Shown here piece after piece: positions 44,366 to 56,846 of a stretch of DNA of 61,539 nucleotides. The position numbers and the translations under genes were made by a program. The DNA is from Craspedostauros australis (taxonomy: Eukaryota). The stretch is from NCBI GenBank assembly GCA_030167865.1, contig JALAGF010006497.1:1-61539 (forward strand), in the 5' to 3' direction. The first letter of the stretch is position 1, and each line of letters starts with the position of its first letter. Under the pieces are notes generated by a model. The model was given only the letters and a program-made list of their open reading frames with translations. It made no database searches and was not told the origin of the DNA.

Positions 44366-45304
44366 GGTTGAAAATTAAGAGTTCACGCCTGATCTGGCAA
44401 TGCCCATGCCTGGCGAGTGATGTCGTGATGTGTTCGTTGCGTCGGCTGTTTGCTTGACAGCAATAGTGGGGCTCTCTTGTCGAACGATGATGGATGGAAC
44501 CAAATGGTCCTGTCTGCGTGCTTTGTTCCAGTTCTGTTCGTCTTGTCGTGGCTTATCTCAGTTTTGCTTGTCTCAATTTTGCTTGGCTCTCGTCTATCGT
44601 TGGTAGTTTCACCAATGTCACTGCAAGCACACATCAATGAATCTTCCTCCAGTTCAGAGGTCCCTGTTGTTGTGGTGTTTGTTGCTGTTGTCATCGGCAC
44701 ACCGTCGAACCTCGTTTCACACAACAACGCGCAACCACAAAAGCACCCAACACGCGACAAAATGTGGCTCTTTGATTCAAATCACAAACGACCGTTGTGG
44801 AATGAGTGTGACATGTCACATACGACTCCGTGGAGACAAATTGAACACAATTGAATCGTAACAAATGAATCGAATTTGAATTCACCGGATATCCCAATCT
44901 AGTATTTGGTGGCTGAGGATAGAGTGGTCGGAAAATCGTTGCTGCACTTGATTCGACCACTGCGAAGATGCGCCAATCCGACCTCCGATCATCCTCAACT
45001 ACCGACAACATCAATGCACCATGCTATGCTGTACTCAGGGACGAGACATGGTTGGATTGTCATCTAATCTATTCATTTTCCTACCTAACTGCATTGGTAA
45101 ATCTGTTCTTGTATTTTTCTTCATGGTGGTACAGATACTCTGCCACGTTTCTTTCTTGCTTTGGCTCTTGTTGTCGGTCGATCTCGCGTTCCGTGTGCCC
45201 AAGGCATTGGCGACGCGAATGGGGCTGTGCCTCTACGTTTGGGCTCTCTTGAGTATCCTTGATCGTGGCGGCGACGCACGAAGCCAAGCGTTTCGCCTTT
45301 TGGT

Positions 45305-45682
45305 TTACTGCATGCCGTCACTGTTGTCGAGGAGGGCCTTTGCGACTGCAAATTCAGCCACGGTTGCGACGATCGCCGTCATGAAGACCACCAGCAACAT
45401 GGTTGATGACGATGCGCCAGGCATCGTTGCCAACGACGATCGTCTTCGTCGCCGCTGAGTGCGCCTGCTGGGTTCACGAACGTTCAGCTCGTTGCGCATC
45501 GGCACTGTGGACTCGTAAAACTCGTGCTTCAAGTTCGACGCTGCAGCTGACGCTCCTGCTGCTATTGCTGCGATTTCGTCGCTGTCGCTATGTGAATCTT
45601 CTGAGAGCAAGTTGGGTGTGCATTCGACGGCGTTGCGGTATGCGGCACTTTGCATTCGCCGGTTCCATTGGTGGCTTGTCAT
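45305..45682 (-). CDS. Hypothetical small protein with a C-terminal hydrophobic helix
   Basis: ATG 45682 preceded by a CAA-rich leader typical of 5' UTRs in this window; 125 aa ending MLLVVFMTAIVATVAEFAVA. No recognised family. Confidence 0.4.
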   Translation of the reverse strand: MTSHQWNRRMQSAAYRNAVECTPNLLSEDSHSDSDEIAAIAAGASAAASNLKHEFYESTVPMRNELNVREPSRRTQRRRRRSSLATMPGASSSTMLLVVFMTAIVATVAEFAVAKALLDNSDGMQ

Positions 45683-46330
45683 CGTTGTGGTTGTTATTGT
45701 TGTTGCTGGTATCGCTGGCTGCTGCTTTTGTGGGAAGAAGATGGCCTGGAATGCTTTGTTTTGTTTCGCTTTGCTTTGCTTTGTTGTGATGTGATGTGCT
45801 TTTCTTTTTTGTGAGCAGAAGGTGGGAGGATGAGGCATTGCACAACGTCGCTGCTCCCAACTGTTCCAAGGCGAGAAGACGCGAAGATGAAAATCATTTT
45901 GTGGGCGTTACCGTTTTTCACGTTGCAGCCATGTAGGATTTGGCCCAATTGCGCCAATAGATACTTCACAGGACCAACTTCGCAATGGAATCACGCATCA
46001 GGCTATTATTGATTCAAGCGACCTTAACGAACACCTCGATCACATCAAATCCCACAGCGAAACTGTTCGGAAACACACGACACGAACAACAACGACTTCT
46101 CCGCGCCCACACATCAACAACACCCGCAACAACAACACCCACAACACCCACAACACCCACAACAACCACAACCACAACAACACCTCTTCTTTTTGCCACG
46201 AACGGCATTGACAAGCCACAACGATCACAACCAGAGAGGAGCCACCCCCCACGAACACCCTCCAGGAGAAACACAACTATACACACCATCAGTCCATCCA
46301 CCAGTGCCACACATCGCTAGACAGAGAACA

Positions 46331-46354
46331 AGAGAGAGAGAGAGAGAGAGAGAG
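46331..46354. repeat. (AG)12 microsatellite
   Basis: Perfect dinucleotide run upstream of the gene at 46461. Confidence 0.92.
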
Positions 46355-46460
46355 CAACAGCAACAGCAAGAGCAGAGAAGATTTTCAGATTTGATCGATA
46401 TCAGGCCTCACCACTACTCGTAGCTTCACTTGTGATTGTGCCCACAGAATAAGAGACAAG

Positions 46461-48002
46461 ATGGCCCCGAGTGTATCCGCAGGCAAGGATGGGACGGAGA
46501 AGAGCCACGGCAACTCGGAAGGAGAAGCGGATGGTGGTGCGAGCACCAAGGATAGCGGGAAGGTGGAGGGCAACACCGCCGTCAGCGTCGGGAACAAGGA
46601 TGACAACAACACCGATCAGAACACTTCGAACGCCTCCAAAATAGAACAAACGAACGAAAACGAATCCACAGACGAAGAGGCTAACAGCGAAGAGACGACC
46701 GCGGAGGGAGAGGCCAAGGAATCAAACGAACCTTACCGTGCCCTCTACAAGTCGCCTCGCGTGAAGGGATACCTCACCATCGCGTTCGCTTCCATCATCC
46801 AGTTCAGCGAAGCTCTCATCTCCAACGACCCGCTTGACACCAGAGTGGTGCCAGCCTCGATGCGCCAGAAGCGGTATGCCACAGGCGTCTCCATCACGTC
46901 TGCAAGCATCGCGTGCATACTGGTGCTCATCCATTTCGATCAGCACTCCCCGCTGCGCAAGTTCTGGTACAAGCTATTCAGCCCCAAGAGCACATTCGAG
47001 TGGTACATCATCGCCTTCCTGATTCTCTGGTGGCTCCCCGCCACAGTCGTGCAAACGACTGTGCGAGGGATCGCGGGCGACGGCAAAGGGCAGTACAATA
47101 TCTACTACAGCACGTGGCTCTCCATGTGGGCCTCGTTCTACTGCATGGACAAGAAGCTCATCGATCATGGGTTTCCTGGATTCCAGAGCTTCATCTCCAG
47201 CTGGCCCTTCAGGGCGCCCGGATGGATCGCGATCTTCGTCTCCTGCTTCTTCTCCCTGTTCTGGTACCTCGATGTCTTCCTCAACAGCTCCAGGGATTCG
47301 TCTAACCTCACCAGCACGGTGGATCTCTTCTACACCGAAATATCGGACGGGCAGTACCGAACCTCGCTGATCCTCGCGGTATTCACGCTGCTGCCATCGG
47401 CCGTGTTCGTGTTCGTTGAGATCTTCCGCGAAACGGCCATCCAGCACAAGTCGAACCTGGAAACAGTTCTGGAGGGGTTCTTCCTCTTTCTGCTCGTCAT
47501 CAGCTGGGTTCCGGCCGTCATCTCCACCACCACACCCGGCGGGTTTGCGTCGTTGGTTGGTAATTCGTACTTCTTCACGTGGGGCACAACGGCGCTCGTC
47601 ATGGAGACTTTCCTGTGGTTCGTTCATGACTGTCGGGCCACCGTACACTCCGATATGCAAGAGAAAGAGAGGGAGTACAGACGCCACCAGGAGCAGGTGC
47701 TGCAGCACACGAATCGCATCGCGGAACGTCACGAAGACGAATCCGTCATCGCATCCAGCAATGCCAACAATCATACGAGCCATGGCGATAGCAACGAAAG
47801 CATCATGGGGATACGATCGCACAGGCCGCTGAATCGACGGCTGTACGATGACTGCGACAATTTCATAGCGGAGATGCCGACGAGAGATCGTGGTGAGTTG
47901 GACACGCAGCAAGGTGCAGGCGATACGGAAAATCGGCGTCCCAGTCTTGCCGTAAGTGACGCCGAGTTCTTTGACGCGCAACAGGAGTTTGTCGATCCAT
48001 AA
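46461..48002 (+). CDS. Multipass membrane protein (~8 TM, internally duplicated 4-TM unit)
   Basis: 513 aa; two similar halves ending W...T...GIA...NIYYSTW and W...T...GFA...NSYFFTW; acidic disordered termini. Confidence 0.85.
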   Translation: MAPSVSAGKDGTEKSHGNSEGEADGGASTKDSGKVEGNTAVSVGNKDDNNTDQNTSNASKIEQTNENESTDEEANSEETTAEGEAKESNEPYRALYKSPRVKGYLTIAFASIIQFSEALISNDPLDTRVVPASMRQKRYATGVSITSASIACILVLIHFDQHSPLRKFWYKLFSPKSTFEWYIIAFLILWWLPATVVQTTVRGIAGDGKGQYNIYYSTWLSMWASFYCMDKKLIDHGFPGFQSFISSWPFRAPGWIAIFVSCFFSLFWYLDVFLNSSRDSSNLTSTVDLFYTEISDGQYRTSLILAVFTLLPSAVFVFVEIFRETAIQHKSNLETVLEGFFLFLLVISWVPAVISTTTPGGFASLVGNSYFFTWGTTALVMETFLWFVHDCRATVHSDMQEKEREYRRHQEQVLQHTNRIAERHEDESVIASSNANNHTSHGDSNESIMGIRSHRPLNRRLYDDCDNFIAEMPTRDRGELDTQQGAGDTENRRPSLAVSDAEFFDAQQEFVDP

Positions 48003-50758
48003 TGAACACGGCGTTGCTCTGAGCACACATCACGACGACGTACGAGGATACAAAATTGCGATTCGTCCTGACGTATTCGCAGTCACGCGCATGTACATGG
48101 GTAGATGCCAATAGTAAAGCCGATGAAGACGATCATCGCAACACTCAGCACTCAACACCACCTAGAGCAACAGCAATAGCAACACCGACGGCTGCGAAGT
48201 TCACACTGATAGGCAGCAGCAGTTCTGGGTGTGCCAAGATATCAGTCAAGTCTGTCATGTGGTGTCGATTTGGATGCTGCCTTACCAAGCGCAGCATTCC
48301 TTCCGAAATCATCTTGGTCTCAAGGCTGGTGCTATCAACGCTTGGTGCCAGAATGTCGACCTGTGATCCATCATCGTCACAGCGATGATGCAAGCCACTC
48401 TCGGACCACCAGCGTACCGCGGCAGGCCCATGAACAAGCCGCTTCGATTCCATGCCGGCGCCAGTGCATACATGCTGCGCTCGCATAATCCAGGCTCAAC
48501 CAAAGTCCGCAGAGTGCTGCACGATAAGTACGAATAAGTTTGAAACTATCACATTCATACCGTGCAGAAGCCATGGGCTGGTTTAGGTCTGCCTCGTCAT
48601 CCAACCTTGCTCCTGGCGGGATGTAGACATGGCCGTGCAAGTTCGATCCAAATCTACCCAGCTGTGACGTTTGTGCCGACTGCGCATCGCCATGCCTGAC
48701 TATATGGTACCAAGCACCTTGAAAGGTGAGACATTTACCAGTTGCTTGATTGACGAATGGATTGACCAGTTGCTTGGTTGATTTACTGGCTCTCTACGAT
48801 CCAGAGAGCCATGGACTGGCCACCGGCCAAGCATCTCAAGGTGGATTCGCTGATTACTCGTACGTCGCTCCTACCTGTCGATTACTGTCATCTGCTGGCA
48901 AACGAATGGAGATCACATATGGATTATACGGCTGATGAACCTTGACGCCATGCGGTCGCCGTGATTCTAAGCGGGTCATCCTTTGCCGTCTCCGTTGAAC
49001 ACGCAATAGCACGCTCGATCATTGCGAAACACAGGCAGTCTTGGACACACTGCGAGTAGCTGTTGACCAAGCATCAAACTGGGTCTCTACACAGCCGGCA
49101 CAACCCCCTCCATTCCAGGAGCTTCCCTTGCAGTATTCCACCTTGCTAAGCGCGAGAGGGGTGTCAGAAGGCATGTTCATACGCTATATTATCCATACTC
49201 TGAAGGCACGCGTTACACCAGCCCAGTCGAGCTCCCTGCCACAAGGTGGAGGCAGTGGGTCCCAAGCTCACAGCTGGTCTAAATTCTGCCCACGCACATG
49301 TGTGCTCGGAATGTACGTATAGAGATGTCCATTCCCATGCGCGTATCTAGTCGCCCTTGAATGACCTGTGATACTCGGATGGAACACCCAGCTCTCAGCG
49401 TCAGTATTCGTATCCACACGAACACATGGTAGATCTGGGCGTCGAGTCATTGATCGCAATCCATCATTTTCACCCAGCTCTGGCCGGTGTCCACCCCGCC
49501 GGCGTTGATGGTGCTCGTGCTACTGCCTCTACCTAGTTGTGCAGGCGGGCAACTCCAGGTGGAGTGTACCGCAGCTAGTAGGCGTCCACTGTAGGTAAAA
49601 ACGAGTACTCCACTCCACGCTATGACTCTATACTCCACGTGTGCATGTGCCTCCTGCCGGCTGGAGCATTGGTACTATACGTATGAGCACATTCCCGTTT
49701 GTGCTCACACACATCAACGCCCATTTCTCTGTTTCAAGTGAGTGTGACTGAGTTGGTCTTGGAGAGTTTTGACATCGAATCCCATTACTCTCTGTCGGAA
49801 TGTCCAACCAGCAAAAGCAGTCACTTCAGACGATCCCTACCTTGCGAGCTGCTCGTATGTGCAGCTTGTACGTGTTGGTACGGTCCATGTATCAGCTATG
49901 GCCTGCGAGCGACGAGCCAGGAACATGTACCAGAGTACATGCGAGCCACGGGTACTCTATTTGCTCACTGGATTCTACCTGTCGCCCAAAGTCCAACCGA
50001 AGTCACACACCACTCCCACACCACAAACTGGTGAAATGCCTCAAATTCTTTTGATGTGGGTCATACTTCGTTATTTGCGATCCGCCCTCGTTGTACCCAG
50101 AGCTCGTGGAACAGTAGTAGTGACGGATGACAGACGGGCAAATCAAGATTCTCCGTGCCGGTCACCACAAGAACAAGCGACGAAGGCTTCCCCTCTCGAT
50201 TTGTTTTCGCCAACAATCAACACGCCAGGGTACACTCGTGGCAAACGAGGGAGTTGGCAAATCGATTTTTTGGACACCTCGGGGAGCCGACGACCTGATC
50301 ATAAACTTCCAAATCGCAAAAAAGCAATCGCAAGGCATCTTCTCTCCACTCTCCACGATACAAGCAACCATACATCAGTATCACCGTCAGCATCAATCAC
50401 ACTATCGGTATCAACACAACCGGCGACCACACCAATAGTATCGGACATCGCGTACATCTGCGTACTCAAGCAAAAACGCAACAACATTCACAACAGGCTT
50501 TGACAAAACTGACACAGACGCAAAAGACCTCCAGACGATCAGCACATACCAACAACTACACAGCACAGCATCGAGGCGCATACTCATTGCAGTATCAAAC
50601 GACGCACTACACTCTCACACTAAAGCATACCAACCAAGGCACAGCATCTGCGACATCACACCACAAAGCGCGCCACCACCACCGCCATTGCCACCGCTAC
50701 CAAAGCAGCGACTTGAAACATCAGCAACGACACCAACTGAACACTCCAGATAGCCAAC

Positions 50759-52002
50759 ATGGTCGACCGCGGTACATTCTCGAAGGAGATGAAGGATCTC
50801 ACCTACATCCATGACAAGATCAGATCGAAGGCGCAGGTTCGGAACATGACGCCCATGGGCAGCGACTTCCAGCCAGACAACTGGAGCGTCATCTGCGGCA
50901 GAGGCCGAGAATGCTATGACCACAGTAAGTGCGTTGATCGATATTGCACCAAATGATCTCGGCGGCGCCGGTACTTGTATCGGCATCAGTACTGAGCCGC
51001 GCTCGCAGCCACCACCTGAGTGGACAAGGCCAAATCGCCTCTATCTGTTTCGGGCGAGCACCGTCGAATTGACTGGCAGCGTTTGTGATGAACAACACCT
51101 CGACCATGACCACCAATCTGATCCTCTCGCTTACATGATCATCAATCTTATTCCTCTCTCTCTCTCTCTCTCTGCCGCGCCGTCTATGACCACCACCCTC
51201 CATGTCGCAATGATCCATACCTCTGCTCCCAATACATTCAACAGTTGGCAACCGCCGATTCCGATTGCTCGTCGAGATCTACCTCAGCAGATACCAGGCG
51301 GCAAAGACCAAGTTCGAAAAGTCTGTCATTGTTATGGATATCCTCGATACCGTCCGGGAAGCCAGCAGTCACGGTGGCTTCGTCAAATACGACGCATCCT
51401 GCAAGCGATGGTTCGAAGTGGGTGACAGTCTCGCGCGAGAAAAGATCGGCCAGCAGTTCAGGACGTCCATCAGCGATGAAAAGCGAAAGCAAAAGCAGAG
51501 ACTATCCAGAAAGAAGACGGGTGCGCAGACCAATACCTCGCCAGCGCTGTCCGACACCGCCTTCCTCGAGCCATTCAAAATCGACCTCTCCACCATCTCG
51601 ACCACCAGGCACAGACGCCGCCCAAACCAGAAAAGGGAGCGCCCGACCAAGTCGGTGTCAACGGATGCGCAGCCAGATACCTGCCAGGAATCCCAGGATT
51701 CAAGACTGCCTCGCTCCTCGTCGCTGCAGGATGTGGTAACCACCATGTGCGCTGACCAGCCGAGGGAAGATGTACTGATGACGATGCCACTCAGCCGCGA
51801 ATTGTCAGGATTTGACCTGCCCGATACGCAACGCAGAGTTTCTGTTTCGTCCAAGGAGGCATTGAGGCAAGAGCATGGCGCGTTCAGCCCAACGACGGCC
51901 GATCGCCGTGGGCTGGTCGGCCCAAGATCCTCATTCTCGCTCCCACACAACATTATCACATGTGAGGATGCAACCGAACCGCAGAACTGTGCAGATGTGT
52001 AA
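50759..52002 (+). CDS. DUF6824-type domain protein (2 exons)
   Basis: Exons 50759-50924 and 51245-52002; splicing gives VICGRGRECYDH|IGNRRFRLLVE...KFEKSVIV...GGFVK...WFEVGDSLAREKIGQQFR. Confidence 0.9.
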
Positions 52003-53591
52003 CGTGAATGGCAGACAGCGACAGCGACATCAAGAAAATACTCGTAATTGACGTGCATGTATAATATTTACACTAGAATATTGATCCAGATACTCCTCCT
52101 CTGTTTCCAATCAACAAAAGGTCGTTCCATCGTAAAGTCGATTGACGACTGAGTGCTAGACACCAGGCAATACCGCTACGCGTTGGAATGATGACACGTG
52201 CCTATGCATGTTGTAGACCAGCTAATACATGGCCACAGAGGTAGTACTGCTCCACAGATATTCAGCCAGCGAGATAACAGGTATCCACAGCTTGGTTCCG
52301 AAATTCCGCCGCTTTCATGGAGCATTTGGGATAGCGAACGGGTCCATTACAGTAGAATCGACGTTTCAGACATGCACGCATGCGCGCCTAGAGAGTCGGG
52401 AGAATGGTAGAACAAGACGGCAAGGCAGATAGGAACGGACGGGCGGATGGATGGATGGATGGATGCCTGGATGGTTGAGTAGATGATGTGCTATCTTTTG
52501 CCCACTCCAAGCGTCTCAAGGTGCTAGTGATGCCATAGCAACGTACGCATCGTGGAAAACAGTCACTGAGATGGTCCCGTCTCAGGAGTTAGTGGAAGCA
52601 AGGTACAGTCGAAGCGCTGCAATAGGGGAGAGTACAGAGAGGACAAGCTTTTCCCATCTGATGGGAGGTGGTTCTGGATAGCGAATGGTACGAGTCCAAC
52701 GAACTGGTGTTTTCCGAGTCACACCAAGGTCCAAGTCTCGTCCGCCGGGGTGGCTGGTGAATTATTATAATGATTTGGCTGATGTCTGGTGAATTCATCC
52801 CCATTACCACCACATTATCTCTTGGAGTTGACGTTGAGGTTGAGCTTGAGGTCAGGTCTGCTTGACTCCAGGATCAGCAACCAGCTACTCCATTTGGATT
52901 CGTCATCGAAACCCACTCCTTCGTCCACCAAAGTAACCGGCATCTTTCGTTTTCTTCGTGGTGATGTCCGTATCGACGTCCGGAGTGGATATCAATCGCT
53001 CTCTTGTCTGTTCTTTCGATGTTTGACCTGTTCTGCTCCGTTCGATTCCTTGTCTGCCGGTTGTTGTGTGACTGGTGGCCAGTAACTTTTGTTGGTGCCT
53101 GCTTCGAGTTTGATGCCTTGTGTCGCTGCGACGATGATTCATTCGTTGTTCCTCAATCACAGTTGGCGCCAAAATGAATCGTCAGTTTTTATATTTTGCC
53201 GCAACTTTATTGATACCACAACAACTGCGACAGAGTTGATCAGTATCTCGTGGTATCGTTTATCGAACCTGAAAATGACTCAACCGACCACAAGCAAAAG
53301 GTGTGACAAGCAAACAGTGACGCCATCCACAAGATCCAAAACAGATCTTTCTTCGATTGACAAGTTCGTTGATGTCTCAGGATCTCAACAGATCTTCTTC
53401 GGGCGCGATACTCGCAGCCGCACCAGCCGCACCAGTATCCATCATCAATCACAAGCCGCTGCAGAGCCCCCAAGAACATTGGCATCGTTCTCGTATCCAG
53501 ATTCTGCCATCCATTCATCCTTCCATCCATCTGTTACATACATCTGTTACATACATCAAGTAGCTCGAATCCATCAACCGAAGCCATCAAG

Positions 53592-55428
53592 ATGATTCCA
53601 TCAGCTTGGATGATTGCTGCCTCGCCGTTGCTGACGTTGTCGTCACTGCTGATCGTGGCAGGCGGCAGTGTTGCCAGAGATGGTCCCGCTGTTCTCGTTT
53701 CTGCCTTCGTCCCATCATGCCAGCATCGCCCTCGAGTAGGAGCGCCGGCATCCGTCGGCGCCGACACGATTTTCGACGGGCATACCACGATGGCTCTCTC
53801 ATCATCGAAGGGCGAAGCCGACCGTCGTACTGTGCTGCAAGCCGGTGGCGCTGGCGGTGGTTGGCTGGGCCTCAACTCGCTGTTTGGCGACGGCAATGAC
53901 AAGAGCAACGCAGCCAAGGCAGCTTCACTGCCCAAGTCCAGCAAAGGCCCAACCAACCAGATCGGCAAGGTCGTGAAGGGCATGAAGCGACGCCGCCTGG
54001 GAGGATCCGACATCTTCGTCAGCGAGCTTGGACTCGGCACGCAGCGATGGGTGTCCTCCGACTTCAACGCGCCTTCGAAGGAGACGTGCTTCAAATTCAT
54101 GGATGATGCCATCCTGAAGGGCGGCGTCAATCTGATCGACACAGCCGAGCAGTACCCCATTCCCAGCAACGGCGCGACGGCCAGAGAGGGCGACTCGGAA
54201 CTCGCCATCGGCGAATGGATGAAGGATCGCAAGGTCAGGCGAGAGGACGTCGTGATCGCCACCAAGATCACGGGCGGGCGCAATGTGACGCCCAAGAACA
54301 TCCGCAACGACTGCGACGCGTCGCTGAAGCGGTTGCAAACCGACTACATCGATGTGTACCTGCTGCACTGGCCGCAGCACTACTCCCCGCAGAGCAATTG
54401 GGGACAATCGTTGAAGTATAATATCGATGCCGACGCCTCGCCGTACTGGAGGGGCATGGGCGGAGCGACATCCTTCGAAGATCTTTGCGTCGCGATGGAG
54501 GATCTGGTCCAAAAGGGCAAGATCCGAGGATGGGGACTCTGCAATGACAACGCGTACGGTCTGACGGCATGCACGCGCACAGCAAAATTCCTTGGGACAA
54601 CACCACCGTGCACGATGCAAGGTGACTTCAGCATCCTGGACCGCAAGAGCGAAGAGAATGGTGTTGCCGAAGCAGCTTCGCCTTTCAACGAGAACGTTGG
54701 CTTCATGTCGTACAATGCTCTCGCCGGTGGCATGCTGACGGGCAAGTACATGGACGTGCCGGCTGCTTTGGACAATCCCAACCGTGATCAGGCCATGCAG
54801 GCTTTGCAAAACCCAAGAGGAAGAATGGACACGAGAGGTAAGCCTGTGTTGTTTCTTCTCTAGTTTTGATTGTGTGCGCTGGTGTGGCTACTACTGCTGC
54901 TGCTGTTGCAAGTGGCAAGATGTGCATTCCGCAGTGTGCTCGTATCGACGAAAGGATGATGAGCCTTCCATGATTGTTCTCGTATGCATAATCGTTGTCC
55001 AACAACGCCATGTAATATCACGTCTTATTCCCACACATGCACCATACTCACACATTGAAACCAATCCACACGTCGCCATCTACGCCACAGGCTGGGGAGG
55101 CACACTGTACAGATACCGCACAGAGGCCGCACAGGAAGCCATAATCGAATACAACAGACTTGCCAAGGCGAGCGGCATGTCCCTGACAGAGCTGAGCTTG
55201 CGTTGGTGCAGGCAGCGCGATCTGATCACGACAACACTGGTGGGACACACGAATCCAGCGCAGCTGCAAGAGTCGCTGAACTTCTTCACCAAGTCCGACC
55301 CGCTCCCGGAAGACCTGATGTGGCAGATCGACCGTATCCACATGAGGAACCGGCTGCCGCTGTTTAGCTCGCGCAGAGTTGGCAAGGATTGGAACGGCGA
55401 GGGTGAGATCGGCGAACCCATTCCATGA
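53592..55428 (+). CDS. Aldo-keto reductase (Tas-like), predicted plastid-targeted (2 exons)
   Basis: Exons 53592-54837 and 55091-55428 (RMDTR G|WGG). VSELGLGT, IDTAEQY, IATK, SLKRLQTDYIDVYLLHWP, LAGGMLTGKY; signal peptide plus VSA|FVP motif. Confidence 0.93.
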
Positions 55429-56846
55429 GATGATGGATCTACTCGCATGGTCAAGATTGATCCTCTGCTGCGTCCAACGAGTGTGTGTGGTCCCATGGTC
55501 CATCAGTACTCGCGCTTGCTCGACAGCCGCCACCATTGGAGAATAATTGCTAACCTTTCACACACATCCATCGTCCACAGGCAGCTCGTATTGCGTAGCG
55601 TATTGATGTATAGTACTCACAATCGTTGTCATGAATCCACAAATTCAGCAATCAATTCACAACAGGTTGGGAGACCGCGGCGACATTGGTGGTGGTGGCG
55701 GTGGTGGATCAAAACGACATGTTCTCGGCAGCCTCGCTGAACGTGATGGTTTGGCCCCACCAATGCCTTGGGAAGCGTGGTAAAGACGATGTCCCTCCCT
55801 TGTTGGTGCGTGTATCCGGCAACCGATCTTTTGGAGGCGACATGGATGGCGTTTGTGCTGTCTCTTGATTGTTGTCGCAGCCGTGTGTTCGTCTTGTTTC
55901 TGGTCCAAGTGCTTCCGGGTTCTGTGGGATGACACAAGTAGTTTCTGGCCGATCCATTCTCCAGTGAATGAACCGAAGTGCGAACTGGGTGGGCATAACA
56001 CCGAAGTGGAACAGATTGTTGGTTCCAAACGCGATCCAGAGAAGCGATGTTTCTTTGGGGATGGGGACAAGGAATCATGAGATTGTTCTCCCCTCCATCG
56101 GTTGGAACCCATGCGTTCGCGTGATGCGATTGACACTTCTCTGGGTACATTGGAGTACCCGTACCAATCCGAACAGAACTCGTCACGATAAATGGTGCAT
56201 GTCAGAATGTCCTCTCCAACCACCCATGGTTGCGAACCGTTGTGTCTGTTCGCTCCCACCAACTGGCCATGGAAAGTACCAACGACAAGACAACGCACCC
56301 CTGCCATCAATGCCGAAGGAGAAGCGAATTCAGAACTGCGTCGAAAGAGCCGCCCCAGAGAGCGCTGGCCAGAATTCCAATGTGAACCATGCGCGTCTGC
56401 AGAGAGCGGTTTTGAAGCCGTGTACCAACAAGGATGATTGCAGGGCAGAGAGGGCGCGTCCATGCTCCCGCCGTACGACTACAAACAAGCTGCTCCATGC
56501 CCGCAGAGGAGGCGCTGGCCGAAGGCTTGCTACCAGCAACACAACAGGAGAGAAACGCAAACAAGAGAAACACAAACAGAGGAGAAGGAGCAACCAGGAG
56601 CACCACAGTACTATACATCGATCACAGAGAAACACAACAAGAACAACAGCAACAACAGCATCACAACCACGAGGACCAACAGCACTGCACAATACTCGGA
56701 CCATACCATACAACACACCCTCACAATCCATCACCCTTCGCCACACCCGTAACCCTGGCCGTAGCTGTACCTCCGACCGCGTCCACAACAACGAGTCTCG
56801 CACCAGAAGTGAGAAGCCAACTTCATCAGCATCCACAAGCCCCAAC

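Noticed and set aside
44770..44890. Palindrome tgtgacatgtcaca and TTTGAA (CHR-like) sites upstream of the SANT gene
   Set aside because: Short motifs that could occur by chance; CHR function is not established in diatoms.
48030..50500. Scattered short ORFs, possibly a decayed gene or element
   Set aside because: No identifiable transposase, RT or other motifs by eye.
55657..56463. 268 aa minus-strand ORF
   Set aside because: No recognisable domain or coding-like bias; overlaps the globin upstream region.
55968..56846. N-terminal 293 aa of the 798 aa ORF
   Set aside because: Reads through a CA-rich promoter/UTR-like sequence; ATG 56847 is the more plausible start.
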